64,000 bases of DNA from Eledone cirrhosa (Eukaryota), in assembly GCA_964016885.1 (NCBI GenBank), contig OZ024764.1:12958001-13022000 (forward strand), read 5' to 3'. Made by a program: the position numbers and the translations under genes. The notes below the pieces were generated by a model, which ran no database searches, had not been told where the DNA came from, and worked only from the letters and a program-made list of their open reading frames with translations. Shown here piece by piece: positions 61,900-64,000 of the stretch; positions within the stretch are counted from its first letter, which is position 1, and each line of letters begins with the position of its first letter.

Positions 61900-62297
61900 G
61901 TTGGCAATAGTGATGGTGCTGTTGACATTGATTTGATGGTGTTGGTGCTGGTGATGTTGATTTGATGGTGATGGTGATGATGATGTTGATTTGATGGTGA
62001 TGGTGATGTTGATGGTGTTGGTGATGGTGATGATGATTTGATGGTGATGGTGATGGTGATGGTGATGATGATTTGATGGTGATGGTGATGTTGATTTGAT
62101 GGTGATGATGGTGATGATGATATGATGGTGTTGGTGATGATGATGGTAATAATGATATGATGGTATTCGTGATGGTGATGGTGGTAATTATGATGGTGTT
62201 GGTGGTGGGATGATGTTAATGCTGATAATGATGATGATGATGATGATGATGATGATGGTTGTAGACAGCAAGGATAATGTTGACAATGATGATGATG

Positions 62298-62329
<32 letters not shown>

Positions 62330-62577
62330 GATTAAGATGATGGTGATGGTGATGATTAAGATGATGATGAAGATGATGATGAAGATGATGATGATGATGA
62401 TGACGATGGTGATGATGAACGATGATGATGATGATGATGATGATGACAACGATAATAGCAATGATTGTGAAGGTGATGACAATGGTGACATAAGCAGTGC
62501 TGTGAAAAAGAGCCATTAATTTTCTCTCTCTGTTGATGTTTTAAAACTAAGTTTTTATCCCCGGAAACATATACTTG

Positions 62578-62610
<33 letters not shown>

Positions 62611-62621
62611 GTATATATATA

Positions 62622-62683
<62 letters not shown>

Positions 62684-62707
62684 CATATATATATATATGT
62701 ATGTATA

Positions 62708-62752
<45 letters not shown>

Positions 62753-62757
62753 GTATA

Positions 62758-62815
<58 letters not shown>

Positions 62816-62846
62816 CATATATATATATATGTATGTATATATATGT

Positions 62847-62886
<40 letters not shown>

Positions 62887-62906
62887 GTATATATATATAT
62901 ATATAT

Positions 62907-62999
<93 letters not shown>

Positions 63000-63064
63000 A
63001 TTATATATATATACACACATGCATATATATATGTATATATATATACACATATATATACACATAC

Positions 63065-63097
<33 letters not shown>

Positions 63098-63326
63098 CAT
63101 ATATATATATAGACACATATATATATATATATACACATACATATATATATATGTGTGTGTATGTATGTATATGCATGTATATGTGCCTATAGATGGTGTG
63201 CGTGAGTGTATATATTTATATACACACCCATGCAGTCATGTACAGAAGCGGCCAAACAGGAGCCGACAGTAAAAGAATGTGACAATAAAAAAGTGTGTAT
63301 ACCAGAGTGTATATATATATACATAA

Positions 63327-63365
<39 letters not shown>

Positions 63366-63395
63366 TATATATACATATACATATATATACATAAA

Positions 63396-63444
<49 letters not shown>

Positions 63445-63534
63445 AATATATATACATATACATATATATATATACATATATATTATACATATACATATAA
63501 TATATATATATATACATATATATTATACATATAC

Positions 63535-63588
<54 letters not shown>

Positions 63589-63719
63589 CTTTTATACATA
63601 TACATATATATATATACTTATATATATACATATCTATTATACATATACATATATATATATACTTATATATATACATATACATATATATATATACTTATAT
63701 ATATACATATCTATTATAC

Positions 63720-63770
<51 letters not shown>

Positions 63771-64000
63771 CACATACATACATTCTAAATTAGTATATTT
63801 GTATATATACAAATATACTAATTTATAAATATATATATATATATATATATACACATACACATACACACATATACATACACACACACGCACACACATATAC
63901 ACACACAACATATACACACCCATACACACACATATATATAGTTATATATACGTACATAAAAAACATGTAGTAAATATCTTTAAAAAAAAAGTACTCTTGC
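61900..64000. repeat. (GAT/GGT)n then (TA)n microsatellite field
   Basis: Direct inspection. Confidence 0.9.

Overview
Eukaryotic, very AT- and microsatellite-rich non-genic or intronic DNA. The SINE and RTE families resemble those of coleoid cephalopods (octopus-like); this is an inference. No host protein-coding gene is recognisable, and almost all ORFs in the track are simple-repeat artefacts. Real content: (1) 5'-truncated RTE-clade LINEs, two of which carry a C4HC3 PHD-like finger inside the RT region; (2) three tRNA-derived or RTE-tailed SINE families; (3) minisatellites derived from retroelement coding sequence (a 79-mer from a CRE-like endonuclease tail, and a 61-mer from a CR1 ORF2 tail present in two arrays); (4) a ~5-6 kb near-duplicate on either side of a 200-N gap. 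The most striking signal is about ten near-intact minimal type I hammerhead ribozyme motifs (CUGANGA...GAAA...UH), plus truncated ones, from six to eight sequence families. Most lie in short non-coding fold-back elements with a one-sided tail, inserted in (TA)n, which matches the pseudo-LTR architecture of Penelope-like retroelements.
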